This document shows, in pieces, positions 1 through 8,361 of a DNA stretch of 25,575 nt. The notes beneath the pieces are model-generated. The model had not been told where the DNA came from. It made no database searches and saw only the letters and a program-made list of their open reading frames with translations. The DNA is from an uncultured Chthoniobacterales bacterium (lineage in GTDB: Bacteria; Verrucomicrobiota; Verrucomicrobiia; Chthoniobacterales; SZAS-18), in NCBI GenBank assembly GCA_964250275.1, contig CAXUFU010000001.1, forward strand, positions 4,909 to 30,483, read 5' to 3'. Position numbers and translations under genes: made by a program. Every line of letters begins with the position of its first letter. Positions within the stretch are counted from its first letter, which is position 1.

Positions 1-718
1 ACACGTCCGCCACGGCGGCCTCGGGTACGCCCCAGTTCTTCGCCAGCACCTCCGGTGGCGTATGCCTTAGCCAATCGGAGATGAGTGTCGTATTGCCTTC
101 GGAGAAATTTCCATCGTCGAAAACGAGCAGAAACTCGCACCCGTCCGGCTCTAACCCTTGAATGGAATGCGGCAGGCCGGAAGGGAAGAGCCACAGGTCA
201 TCCTTACCGACATCTTTCACGAACGGCTTGCCCGTGGCATCGATCGCCGTCAGACGCGCTTTGCCGCTCAACATGATCGCCCACTCGGACGCCACGTGCC
301 AGTGCAGCTCGCGGCAGCCGCCGGCGACCAGGCGCATGTTCACGCCGGCGATCTCCTTGGAGATCGGGAAATCGGTCACGGTCACCTGCCTGCTCCACCC
401 GCCCTCTTGCACCCGCCGGTGGGCTACTGAAAACGAACTCCAAAACGACGGCGGCTCGCCGTGGTCAGTGGCGGGCGGCAAAAAGGTGTTCGGGTTGTCG
501 TCGCGCAACGGCACGTTTTCCGGGCCGGGATCCGAGGCGCTGTTATCACGGTCGCCCTCGGTGGCGCTCTCCATGCTTTGCCCCCGCACCTGCGAAAGGG
601 CGAAAGCGGCTGTGACGAGCGCGGCGGAGCTTTTGCCCAAAAAACGCCGGCGATCAATGCTGGATTGCGAATCGGATGCGGGCTGGCCGGCGCTGGCAGG
701 ATCGTCTGGAGTAGTCAT
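1..718 (-). CDS. oxdC: Oxalate decarboxylase family Mn-bicupin with Tat signal peptide; 3' part lies beyond the left edge
   Basis: Not in the ORF track because it runs off the window. Manual translation from ATG 718 is open to the edge: MTTPDD...[21 protein letters not shown] (twin-arginine signal)...[45 protein letters not shown]...[16 protein letters not shown]...[36 protein letters not shown]. This matches the first cupin of Bacillus OxdC (RELHWH..EW, PHSIQ, FDDGxFSExxT). Confidence 0.92.
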   Translation of the reverse strand, partial: MTTPDDPASAGQPASDSQSSIDRRRFLGKSSAALVTAAFALSQVRGQSMESATEGDRDNSASDPGPENVPLRDDNPNTFLPPATDHGEPPSFWSSFSVAHRRVQEGGWSRQVTVTDFPISKEIAGVNMRLVAGGCRELHWHVASEWAIMLSGKARLTAIDATGKPFVKDVGKDDLWLFPSGLPHSIQGLEPDGCEFLLVFDDGNFSEGNTTLISDWLRHTPPEVLAKNWGVPEAAVADV

Positions 719-749
719 AAGAAGCTGAAGATAGTTCGCCCCGATAGAT

Positions 750-761
750 CATCCGCGGATG
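750..761. promoter_or_regulatory. Perfect 12-bp palindrome CATCCGCGGATG in the divergent oxdC / barrel intergenic region; possible operator
   Basis: The palindrome is seen directly. A regulatory role is inferred from position only. Confidence 0.25.
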
Positions 762-810
762 CATAGTAATAGAACAACCAGCCGGCAGGCCGCATGACGA
801 AGTAAGGAAA

Positions 811-1788
811 GTGAGACCGTACCAAACCTCCACCTTTCCCCTCATGCGCTCACGTGCCACCCACGCTCTGGTGGCAGGCTGCCTGGCTCTTAGCTGGCCC
901 GGTTTCCTGGCGCCAGTGCACGCCGGCGACGGCGGTGACCCGGGCGATGCCGCTGCCTTGAGCCAGCCGTCGGCCTCCACCGGACCGGATAAGAGCCAGT
1001 ATAACCTTTTCAATCCGACGCCGGACAATCTCCTGCGCGAGTTTGAGACCAGCCGGCCGGATCAAACCACGGGGCCACATACCGTCGACGCCGGGCACTT
1101 CTATCTGGAGCTTGGCCTCTTCGCCAACACCCTGGATTACGGAGCCTCGCGCACCTCCAGCTGGATCCCCTTGCAGAACAGCCATTTCCGCGCCGGTTTG
1201 ACCAACACCATCGAACTCGAACTCATCTACGATGGCGTTTACAACCAGAACACCCAGGCGTTGCCCGCCACCGGCGGCAAGCGCACGGACAAAACCGTCG
1301 ATATCGGTTCCGGTAACCTCACCGTCCGTCTGCGCTTCAATCTGATCGGCGACGATGGCGGTCCGATCGTCTTCGCCGTTATCCCGCAGTTTACCGCTCC
1401 GACGGCCACGTCCCACCTCGAGCCGGAGCACTTCGAAGGCAGCGTCATCCTTCCAGTCTCTTTCAAGCTGCCAGCAGGCTTTAGCGCCATCCTGCAGGCC
1501 GAGCCCGGCTCCGGCCGCAACGGCGATGACACCCGGGATGCTTTCGCCTTGGTCAGTGGTGCAACCCTTTATCATGACCTGTTCCGGAAGAAGGATCGCG
1601 TCCAACTCTACCTGGAGTATTTCGATACGCTTGTCACCGGCCCGGACGGTACTTTGGCGCAACAGGTGGACGTCGGTGTGCGCTGGCGTCCGATGGAAAA
1701 TTGGCAGTTGGATTTCGGGTCAAATTTTGGCGTGTCGAAGGATGCCCCTGGCTATCAATCCTTCGCCGGAATCTCGACCCGTTTCTGA
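811..1788 (+). CDS. Outer-membrane beta-barrel 'transporter', Phenol_MetA_deg / COG4313 (SphA-like) family
   Basis: Sec-type signal (ALVAGCLALSWPGFLAPVHA), family-like motif RPDQTTGPHTVDAGHFYLELG, amphipathic beta-strands and a C-terminal Phe strand (FAGISTRF). The start may be GTG 811 or ATG 844. Confidence 0.75.
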   Translation: MRPYQTSTFPLMRSRATHALVAGCLALSWPGFLAPVHAGDGGDPGDAAALSQPSASTGPDKSQYNLFNPTPDNLLREFETSRPDQTTGPHTVDAGHFYLELGLFANTLDYGASRTSSWIPLQNSHFRAGLTNTIELELIYDGVYNQNTQALPATGGKRTDKTVDIGSGNLTVRLRFNLIGDDGGPIVFAVIPQFTAPTATSHLEPEHFEGSVILPVSFKLPAGFSAILQAEPGSGRNGDDTRDAFALVSGATLYHDLFRKKDRVQLYLEYFDTLVTGPDGTLAQQVDVGVRWRPMENWQLDFGSNFGVSKDAPGYQSFAGISTRF

Positions 1789-1825
1789 CGCCTCGGAGCG
1801 TGCCAGAGAGTAACCTCGTGAAGCT

Positions 1826-2284
1826 ATGCCCAAAAAACAGACAATCCAGCGAGCACGCCAGGATGCGCGCGAGGGAAAGGCGGCCTCGACCCAAGCCGGC
1901 GAGTTTGTCCGCGAAGAGATCGAGCGCGTGCGGGCGGGAGAGCACGGCGTCCGCTCAACCAAACAGGCGATCGCCATTGGCCTATCCGAGGCACGGCGCT
2001 CGGGCGTCAAGCTGCCGCCGCCAAAGCAAGGAAAAGCGAGCGAGACCACCCGCCGCCAAGCAAAGCGCGATCTGGTTAGAGGCGAGCAGGATCCTGACGC
2101 AGTGCCGTCAGCTAAACGCTCCCACGCCACGACTCAGGCACTAAAACGCGAAGGTGGTCAGCCTGCGTCGAAAGCCGCACTTTCGAGACAAGCCAAAACA
2201 GCGGCCGCCAAAAGGTCATTTGCTAAGCGAACTCGAGCGGCCCACAAGGCTGGGCGTACGCGCAAAGAATCCTCGGTAAAGTAG
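1826..2284 (+). CDS. DUF6496-like basic protein with Lys/Arg/Ala-rich tail
   Basis: Motif STQAGEFVREEI...G.RSTKQAIAIGLSEARRSGVKLPPP resembles DUF6496 proteins as I recall them. The last 58 aa contain 17 K/R and 2 E. Confidence 0.7.
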   Translation: MPKKQTIQRARQDAREGKAASTQAGEFVREEIERVRAGEHGVRSTKQAIAIGLSEARRSGVKLPPPKQGKASETTRRQAKRDLVRGEQDPDAVPSAKRSHATTQALKREGGQPASKAALSRQAKTAAAKRSFAKRTRAAHKAGRTRKESSVK

Positions 2285-2375
2285 CACTCGTTCGCGATGC
2301 GGACCGCGCGAACTCACCAGGATTTGATCTTCAACGGTTTCCCGTAACATAAACGACGTTAACTCCGCCCAAGGT

Positions 2376-2789
2376 TTATTGAGGATCAACCGACTCCTTT
2401 ACCTTGTGCGCGGCGTCCTTCGTTGCTTCGGCTGTCTTGTGGTAAGCATGCTTAGTTGAATCACCTACCTTGTCAGCCTCGTGCCGGGTTGATTCTGCAG
2501 CCCGCTCAGTGCCGTGTTTGGTTGATTCATAGGCTCGCTTAGTGCCTCGTTCGGTGGATTTGTAGGCGCGCTTGGTGCCACGCTCTGTCGACTTGCCCAC
2601 CTTTTCTGTCTCGTGCTTGGTCGTGTCCGCGGCCTTCTCGGTGCCTTCCACCGTCTTATCTTTCGCCTTATTGAGGCTATCCTCGGTTTTCTCCCCAACG
2701 GATTTATCAGAGTCATCCTGCGCGCGCAACGGACCGGCCGCAACCACCAGGAAGACGAGACCGGCTAGGACAAATAAGTGTTTCTTCAT
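2376..2789 (-). CDS. Exported LEA-like hydrophilic protein with 11-residue repeats (137 aa)
   Basis: Start reassigned to ATG 2789 (MKKHLFVLAGLVFLVVAAGPLRA, signal peptide). The mature part is nine tandem 11-mers rich in K/E/T/A. Confidence 0.75.
   Translation of the reverse strand: MKKHLFVLAGLVFLVVAAGPLRAQDDSDKSVGEKTEDSLNKAKDKTVEGTEKAADTTKHETEKVGKSTERGTKRAYKSTERGTKRAYESTKHGTERAAESTRHEADKVGDSTKHAYHKTAEATKDAAHKVKESVDPQ
2394..2690 (-). repeat. Nine tandem 33-bp (11-aa) degenerate coding repeats
   Basis: KTEDSLNKAKD / KTVEGTEKAAD / TTKHETEKVGK / STERGTKRAYK / STERGTKRAYE / STKHGTERAAE / STRHEADKVGD / STKHAYHKTAE / ATKDAAHKVKE. Confidence 0.85.
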
Positions 2790-2861
2790 GCTCGATAATC
2801 GGAAGAAGTACCGGCGGCGGATGGCCTTACCTTGCGCCCGCCCACGGTACATCACCTTGGC

Positions 2862-3554
2862 TCACAGCCCGTTGAGAACACCCAATAACCGTGCCGCCCG
2901 GGCAGGCGGCGTCACCCGGCCACTCAGGATCTCGGCAGGCGTCACATCGCGACCATAGTAGCCGGCGTTCTTTTTGTCCTCGGTCACAAGCACAGTGCCT
3001 TCCAAGGAAATCCCGGCGAAAAGACCCTTGCTCCGGCTGTACGTGTACACCGCCGCCGTCGGCAATACATCTCCTTCCGCCACGCGTCCCACCGGCCCAG
3101 CAGCGACGCTCAGGTCTCCGCCGATACTGACGTTGCCGCCGTGGGAGAACGCCTTGACCGCATCCTCGGTATTCAGGACCAGGACAAACTCCGTCACCTC
3201 CCCGCCGATCTGGAAGCCGAACCCTGCGCCGCCGGTGGCGATGGCATCAGGTCCCGACCACCCATCGCCGGTGCGGGCAACGACCACACCCACGCCTCCT
3301 CGGCCGCTCACCACAAAACCGCCCTTGTAGATATCCAGGATGGCAATGCCTCGCGCTTGCCGCAAGACCCGGCGTGGGATGGCTTTTTCTGGGATCCGCT
3401 CAAAACTGCGCAAGATGTGCGCGGAGTTGGCGACAGTTTCCTGCATCGTTTCCGCGCGTCCAGAAACGACGGTACCGGCTAGCAACAACGCGGAGGCAGC
3501 CAGACACAGTGGGAGACGCGCCCGGCCAGACAGACGAAAAAAGGAAGTCTTCAT
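2862..3554 (-). CDS. Exported lipid-binding SYLF (Ysc84-like) domain protein
   Basis: Signal peptide, then KGGFVVSGRGGVGVVVAR..GWSGP, GAGFGFQIGGEVTEFVLVLN, DLSVAAGPVGR, YTYSRSKGLFAGISLEG, N.GYYG. These are the hallmark SYLF/Ysc84 motifs. Confidence 0.9.
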   Translation of the reverse strand: MKTSFFRLSGRARLPLCLAASALLLAGTVVSGRAETMQETVANSAHILRSFERIPEKAIPRRVLRQARGIAILDIYKGGFVVSGRGGVGVVVARTGDGWSGPDAIATGGAGFGFQIGGEVTEFVLVLNTEDAVKAFSHGGNVSIGGDLSVAAGPVGRVAEGDVLPTAAVYTYSRSKGLFAGISLEGTVLVTEDKKNAGYYGRDVTPAEILSGRVTPPARAARLLGVLNGL

Positions 3555-3641
3555 GTTATCCGATTCGAAGCTTCACAGGTTTGCGGCTGGGCGATTTCCC
3601 TGTGAATTTCAGCCTCTTCGTAAATCTCTCCACGTCGAGTG

Positions 3642-3917
3642 TTAATGGTGATAATGATGGGCGTAGCCATGGCGACCATAACCATACCGGTTGTAATAGC
3701 CACGCGCCCAGTAGCGGCCATGCCAGTAGCCGCCGGCCCAGAAACCGAAGGTTGGATAAGAATAGTAGCCGTAATAGTAGGGGCCATAAGGCGCTCCCAC
3801 GTAAGCGGCGGCCGGGACTGGCACACCGATGTTGATGGCGACGAACGCTTCCGCTTTAGGCGTGGCAAACAGGCCCAGGCTGACCACCACGGCAAGGATG
3901 GGTATTAGTTTCTTCAT
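3642..3917 (-). CDS. Small exported Tyr/Gly/His-rich low-complexity protein (91 aa)
   Basis: Start reassigned to ATG 3917 (MKKLIPILAVVVSLGLFATPKAEA, signal peptide ending in AxA). The 67-aa mature part has 16 Tyr, 12 Gly, 6 His and no Asp/Glu. Confidence 0.7.
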   Translation of the reverse strand: MKKLIPILAVVVSLGLFATPKAEAFVAINIGVPVPAAAYVGAPYGPYYYGYYSYPTFGFWAGGYWHGRYWARGYYNRYGYGRHGYAHHYHH

Positions 3918-3965
3918 ATACTTCTTACAACCCACCCTTTGCCCGAGCGTTGCTCATCAAGAGCG

Positions 3966-4036
3966 AAAAAATGGCAGGACCAAAGCTAAGGCTCTTCAAG
4001 CCATGCATGACGACGGCCTAAAAAAATGGCGGGCCA
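3966..4036. repeat. Imperfect direct repeat AAAAAATGGCAGGACCA (3966-3982) / AAAAAATGGCGGGCCA (4021-4036)
   Basis: Seen directly, 55 nt apart, in the gap between the atpG stop and the small Tyr/Gly-rich gene. Confidence 0.55.
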
Positions 4037-4047
4037 GTCCTTGCTGG

Positions 4048-4956
4048 TTAGTTGGCTGAGACGCGTCCTTTGCCTTTCGCCAAGGCTTCATAGCCGGAGA
4101 TCACGTCGAAAAGCTCTTCGTCGATCTTCGCCTGCCGCAAGCGGTGAAAGGTACCGTGGAGCGTCTCCAATAGTTCGTCGATATTTCTCCCGGCGCGTTC
4201 CATCGCCGCCAGGCGGCTGGCATTTTCACTGGCCAACGATTCGGCGCACGCGCGGAATAGCGAGATGAAAAGATACTCGCGAATGTAGGCCCGCAGCGTC
4301 GTGACGTTATCGCGCACGACCTCGGGCAAGTTACGCGTTGGCCAGCGAATCCCGGCGAGACCTTGTTGCCACTGCGCGTCGAGCGGCAACAACCGCTGGC
4401 TCACCGGTTCGTAGAGCGCTCCCGTTTTCGGTCGATTGTGGAAGACGTACAAACTCGCGTATTCGCCTTGCGTCCGCTTGGCTTCGCTCGCGATCTGCAT
4501 TCTGCCAACCAGCGGAGTAATGGCCTGCACAGAGTTTGGCACCGGGAAGGTTCCCATCAACGGCAGGCCTGCGTCCACCAGGCGCGCCTGCACCCGTTCA
4601 CCCACCGCCCACAAATGCGGTTTGCCGGGCAACGCGGCCAGCGTCTGCACCGCAAAATCCGCGACTACCTCGTTGAATTGGCCGACCAGTCCTTGATCGG
4701 AACCGAAGACGATGGCGCCCGTCGCACCGGGCTCGCTTTGGCCCCGAGGTTCTGGCCTGGCAACCATCGGTGCCGTCTCCCTGAAACACGCGCTCAACCC
4801 CAGCTCAACCGTTCGATAATAGTCATTCAACGCCCGCACGGATTGTTCGTATTGGCCGATGCTGGAAGCAGCCAGCGCTTTCATCGTGCGGACGACGGAT
4901 TTGAGTTCGCCCGCACTGTTGATTTTCCGGCTCAGGCTCGCCGTCGTGTCGCTCAT
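4048..4956 (-). CDS. atpG: N-ATPase gamma subunit
   Basis: [14 protein letters not shown] at the N-terminus, [50 protein letters not shown]; ATGA overlap with the atpA stop. Confidence 0.96.
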   Translation of the reverse strand: MSDTTASLSRKINSAGELKSVVRTMKALAASSIGQYEQSVRALNDYYRTVELGLSACFRETAPMVARPEPRGQSEPGATGAIVFGSDQGLVGQFNEVVADFAVQTLAALPGKPHLWAVGERVQARLVDAGLPLMGTFPVPNSVQAITPLVGRMQIASEAKRTQGEYASLYVFHNRPKTGALYEPVSQRLLPLDAQWQQGLAGIRWPTRNLPEVVRDNVTTLRAYIREYLFISLFRACAESLASENASRLAAMERAGRNIDELLETLHGTFHRLRQAKIDEELFDVISGYEALAKGKGRVSAN

Positions 4957-6542
4957 GGTTTCTCCTCGCCCGTGGGTTGCGGCAGAGGTTTGGCCTCGGG
5001 CGTGGTTGGAGCTTGGGGTTGAAAGCGCACCAGCGTCTGACGCGCCATTTCCACCACCGCTTGGCGATCCTCGTCGCTGAGCTTCGGGGCCGAGTCAAAA
5101 CGCGCGGCCAACTCCGCGGGTAGTCTGGTAACACCCTGACGCACAGCGGCCTCGGCTTCTTTCATCTGGACCAGCGGCACCGGGTCGAAGAGTCCCGCGG
5201 TCAAAGCCAATAACACCGTGATTTGCTCGGCGAGCGACTGCGGTTGAGATTCCGGCTGCTTGAGGCAAGCGCGGATTCTTTGTCCGTGCTCGATACTTTT
5301 GCGGGTCCCCTCGTCCAACCGGGCGCCGAAGCGCGCGAAGGTCTCGAGTTCCTCGAACTGCGCGTAAGCGAGCTTGAGATTACCCGCCACGGCGCGGTAA
5401 GCCGCCCGTTGCGCCTTGCCGCCGACGCGTGAAACGGACTTACCGACATCGACCGCTGGCAGCACGCCCAGTTCAAAGAGCGAGGGCGAAAGGTAAATCT
5501 GTCCGTCCGTGATCGAGATCAGGTTGGTCGGGATGTACGCGGAGATATCTTGCGCTTCAGTCTCAATGATGGGTAAGGCCGTGAGCGATCCGCCGCCGCG
5601 ATCCGGCCGCAGATGGGTGGCGCGCTCGAGCAGGCGAGAATGGATGTAGAAAATGTCGCCGGGGAACGCTTCGCGCCCAGGCGGCCTCCGGAGCAGAAGG
5701 GAGATCTCGCGGTAGGCGCGGGCGTGTTGCGTCAGGTCGTCGTAAACGATCAGCACGTCGCGGCCCGCTTCCATAAAATGCTCGGCGATGCTCGTGGCGG
5801 CATAAGGGGCGATGTAGGACAGCCCGGGCGCTTCGTTGCCCTCCGCGACAACAACGACCGTGTAATCCATCGCCCCATTTTCCCGGAAAATAGCCGCCGC
5901 CTTGGCCACGGCGGAAGCGCGCTGGCCGATGGCACAATAGACGCAGAGCACATCTTTTCCGCGCTGGTTGAGGATGGTGTCGATGGCGATTGCCGTCTTG
6001 CCGGTCTGGCGGTCGCCCAGGATCAACTCGCGTTGGCCGCGTCCGATGGGTATGAGCGCATCGATGACTTTGAGTCCCGTCTGGAGCGGCGCGGTGACAG
6101 CCGCTCGCGCGATGATGGCCGCGGAAGGCCGCTCGGTCGGCAAACGCTCGCGAGCGGCGACCGGACCTTTGCCATCGAGCGGCCGGCCGAGCGGGTCGAT
6201 GATGCGTCCCAGTAACCCATCGCCCACGGCCACGTCCATGACCCGGCCCGTCCGCTCGACTTCATCGCCCGCGTGCAGAGCCGCATCTTCGCCGAGCAGG
6301 ACCACGCCGATCTCGTCTTCGTCCAGGTTGAAGACGATGCCGAAGACGCCGCCGGGAAACCTCACCAGCTCCTCAAAGCCCACGTTCGGTAGACCCGAAA
6401 CCATCGCGATGCCGGTGCCGACACTGGTGATCGTGCCTACCTCACGCGGCGTCAGTTGCGGCAGGAAAGCTTCTCGCGCTTGGCGCAGGGCCGCAAACGT
6501 CCCGTCGTACACGCTCGCGAGGTTTTCGGCTGCGTCGATCAT
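4953..6542 (-). CDS. atpA: N-ATPase alpha subunit
   Basis: Walker [57 protein letters not shown]. Start reassigned to ATG 6542 (ATGA overlap with the atpF stop). Confidence 0.97.
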   Translation of the reverse strand: MIDAAENLASVYDGTFAALRQAREAFLPQLTPREVGTITSVGTGIAMVSGLPNVGFEELVRFPGGVFGIVFNLDEDEIGVVLLGEDAALHAGDEVERTGRVMDVAVGDGLLGRIIDPLGRPLDGKGPVAARERLPTERPSAAIIARAAVTAPLQTGLKVIDALIPIGRGQRELILGDRQTGKTAIAIDTILNQRGKDVLCVYCAIGQRASAVAKAAAIFRENGAMDYTVVVVAEGNEAPGLSYIAPYAATSIAEHFMEAGRDVLIVYDDLTQHARAYREISLLLRRPPGREAFPGDIFYIHSRLLERATHLRPDRGGGSLTALPIIETEAQDISAYIPTNLISITDGQIYLSPSLFELGVLPAVDVGKSVSRVGGKAQRAAYRAVAGNLKLAYAQFEELETFARFGARLDEGTRKSIEHGQRIRACLKQPESQPQSLAEQITVLLALTAGLFDPVPLVQMKEAEAAVRQGVTRLPAELAARFDSAPKLSDEDRQAVVEMARQTLVRFQPQAPTTPEAKPLPQPTGEEKP

Positions 6543-7360
6543 GAGCCGTTTTTGTCCGAAACCGTCTCTTGGGACGTGGCCTTGGGCGGTCGTGCCGGCG
6601 GATTCTTTGGCTTCAGGAGTTCGTCCACACCGTGCTCCAGCGCTTCGAGATAATCCGCGATGGTCCAAGCGACTTTTTGCCCGTTGGTGGTGAGTTCGAT
6701 GCCGCTGACCAGCTCGGGCGCGGTCTCAAACCGGAGCGGAATGTCGGCCGAGAAAGTTTCGTTCACCGCGTGCTGGATGGTGGCGCACTGCTCGCCGGAC
6801 AAGGCAAACGCGCTCCGGACCAGCGCGGGATCGGACGCCGACTTCAGCGCGTCGACGAGGCCAGCCTTGCCTTGGCCGTTGAGGGTGCGCAAGCGGCGGG
6901 TGAAAACGTCGGCCATGCTGTCTTCCAGACTCGTGTCGGCAAGATCGGTCAGCGTTTTGCGGGTGATGGCAAACACCTCCTCTTTGGCGCGGCGGCTGAT
7001 GGATTGATCCAGTTGGTTAGCGTCGTTTCGGAAGGCTTCCTGTCTCTTCACCGTCATAGCGTCGGCTGCGCGTCCGGCTTGCTCCAGCAGCCGCTGGCCT
7101 TCGCCTCTTGCCTCCTCCAGCGCCGTGCCGAGCAGGGCGGCGCGCTGCTGGTCGAACTCCTGATTCTTGCGTTGAAACTCGTCGCGCTCCTGCTTGGCTT
7201 CGGCTCTTTTGGCGTCGGCAGCGCTGAGCTCAGCCGCGATTTTATGTTCCCGCGCATCGATCGCGACCAGGATCGGCCGGTAGAGAAAGCGCCGCAGCAA
7301 CCACACCAGGAGCAGGAAGTTCACGGCTTGCGCCCCGACGGTAAACCAGTCGATCAACAT
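6539..7360 (-). CDS. atpF: N-ATPase b subunit with long (delta-like) C-terminal extension
   Basis: [31 protein letters not shown] transmembrane anchor, then coiled coil, then [22 protein letters not shown]. At 273 aa it fits the extended N-ATPase b subunit; there is no separate atpH in the operon. Confidence 0.93.
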   Translation of the reverse strand: MLIDWFTVGAQAVNFLLLVWLLRRFLYRPILVAIDAREHKIAAELSAADAKRAEAKQERDEFQRKNQEFDQQRAALLGTALEEARGEGQRLLEQAGRAADAMTVKRQEAFRNDANQLDQSISRRAKEEVFAITRKTLTDLADTSLEDSMADVFTRRLRTLNGQGKAGLVDALKSASDPALVRSAFALSGEQCATIQHAVNETFSADIPLRFETAPELVSGIELTTNGQKVAWTIADYLEALEHGVDELLKPKNPPARPPKATSQETVSDKNGS

Positions 7361-7364
7361 GAGA

Positions 7365-7646
7365 TTATTTGCCGCCGGATTGCGCGATGACGTGGCTCCA
7401 GAATGGATTGGCGAAAATCAGGATCATCGACACCACGAAGCAGTAGATGGCCAGTGATTCGATCATCGCCAGACCGACGAATAAGGTGCGCGTGATGGTG
7501 GCAGAGGCGTCCGGCTGCTGGGCCAAGGCCGTCAGTGCGGTGGCGACCGATCGGCCTTCGCCGAGTGCCGGCCCGATACTGCCGATGGCGATCGTCAGAC
7601 CCGCGGTTAAAATCGAGGCCACCGCAATGATTGTCATGTTGTCCAT
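7365..7646 (-). CDS. atpE: N-ATPase c subunit (two-glutamate type)
   Basis: Two hydrophobic helices, GPALGE(30)GR, loop QQPD, LAMIE(63)SLAIY(68). Confidence 0.97.
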   Translation of the reverse strand: MDNMTIIAVASILTAGLTIAIGSIGPALGEGRSVATALTALAQQPDASATITRTLFVGLAMIESLAIYCFVVSMILIFANPFWSHVIAQSGGK

Positions 7647-7683
7647 AGTTGTTGGTTCCGTTGCGTCGTCGTTTGTTTGTTTG
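7647..7683 (-). promoter_or_regulatory. A/C-rich, SD-less leader of atpE; possible translational enhancer
   Basis: Sense strand reads CAAACAAACAAACGACGACGCAACGGAACCAACAACT-ATG, with (CAAA)x3 and one U. The function is inferred. Confidence 0.35.
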
Positions 7684-8361
7684 TCAGATGCTGGGCTGGC
7701 GCGTGCGAGTGGCGGCAGCGATGTAAACCGTGGCCAGAATGCTAAAGATGTAGGCCTGGACCATGCCGGTGAGCAGACCGAGCAACGTCATGACGATGGG
7801 AAAGATAAAGGGCGTAATCGTCAAGAGGATGCCGATGATCATTGTTCCACTCATCATGTTGCCAAAGAGGCGGACAGACAGCGCCAGGGTGCGCGAAAGC
7901 TCGCTCACGACATTAAACGGCAGCATGATCACCGTCGGCTCCAGATAGGACTTCAGGTAGCCGCCGAGACCTTGATCTTCGATGCCGAAAAGCGGCACAG
8001 CCACGAACACGCAGAGCGCGAGGGCCACCGTGGTGGAGAGCGAACCCGTCGGCGGCTGATAGCCGGGGATGACCGTGCCGCAGCACGCCAGCGCGACGAA
8101 CAGGAAAAGCGTGCCCAGGAAATTGAGGTATTTTTTCGCATCCACTAAACCGACGTCCTCGATTTGTTTTAGCATTGCCGTCACAATCATCTCCAAGAAG
8201 TTCTGCCAGCGGGAACGGGTCAGTTCGGTCGAGAGCCGGCGGGTGATCAGTTTCGCGCCGATCACCAGCACGAGCATCAGTCCCCAGGTGAATACGATGG
8301 TGCCGTTGAGCTTAACGAACCCATCCTGCCACAAGATCGTCTGATCGGAGCTAAGGTGCAT
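7684..8361 (-). CDS. atpB: N-ATPase a subunit
   Basis: Multiple TM helices, PPTGSLSTT.ALALCVF, MLPFNVVSELSRTLALSVRLFGNM with the conserved stator Arg, GMVQAYIFSILATVY. SD GGAGG. Confidence 0.97.
   Translation of the reverse strand: MHLSSDQTILWQDGFVKLNGTIVFTWGLMLVLVIGAKLITRRLSTELTRSRWQNFLEMIVTAMLKQIEDVGLVDAKKYLNFLGTLFLFVALACCGTVIPGYQPPTGSLSTTVALALCVFVAVPLFGIEDQGLGGYLKSYLEPTVIMLPFNVVSELSRTLALSVRLFGNMMSGTMIIGILLTITPFIFPIVMTLLGLLTGMVQAYIFSILATVYIAAATRTRQPSI

Noticed and set aside
85-766. Plus-strand track ORFs 85..276, 158..430, 162..728, 461..766 and short minus ORFs 204..443, 424..657
   Set aside because: Shadows or off-frame fragments of the real minus-strand oxdC frame (ATG 718), which carries clear family motifs.
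850-1662. 270-aa minus-strand ORF
   Set aside because: Antisense shadow of the barrel gene, with no motifs. Long antisense ORFs are expected in GC-rich coding DNA.
2290-2312. GTTCGCG...CGCGAAC stem between the convergent DUF6496-like and LEA-like genes as a bidirectional terminator
   Set aside because: It is only a 7-bp stem with no U-tract on either side, too weak to call.
2394-2690. 33-bp periodicity considered as a CRISPR or non-coding repeat array
   Set aside because: The repeats are in-frame, degenerate at third codon positions and have no spacers, so they are protein repeats.
6539-7360. Missing atpH (delta) as evidence of a defective operon
   Set aside because: Absence of atpH with an elongated b subunit is the normal N-ATPase organisation.
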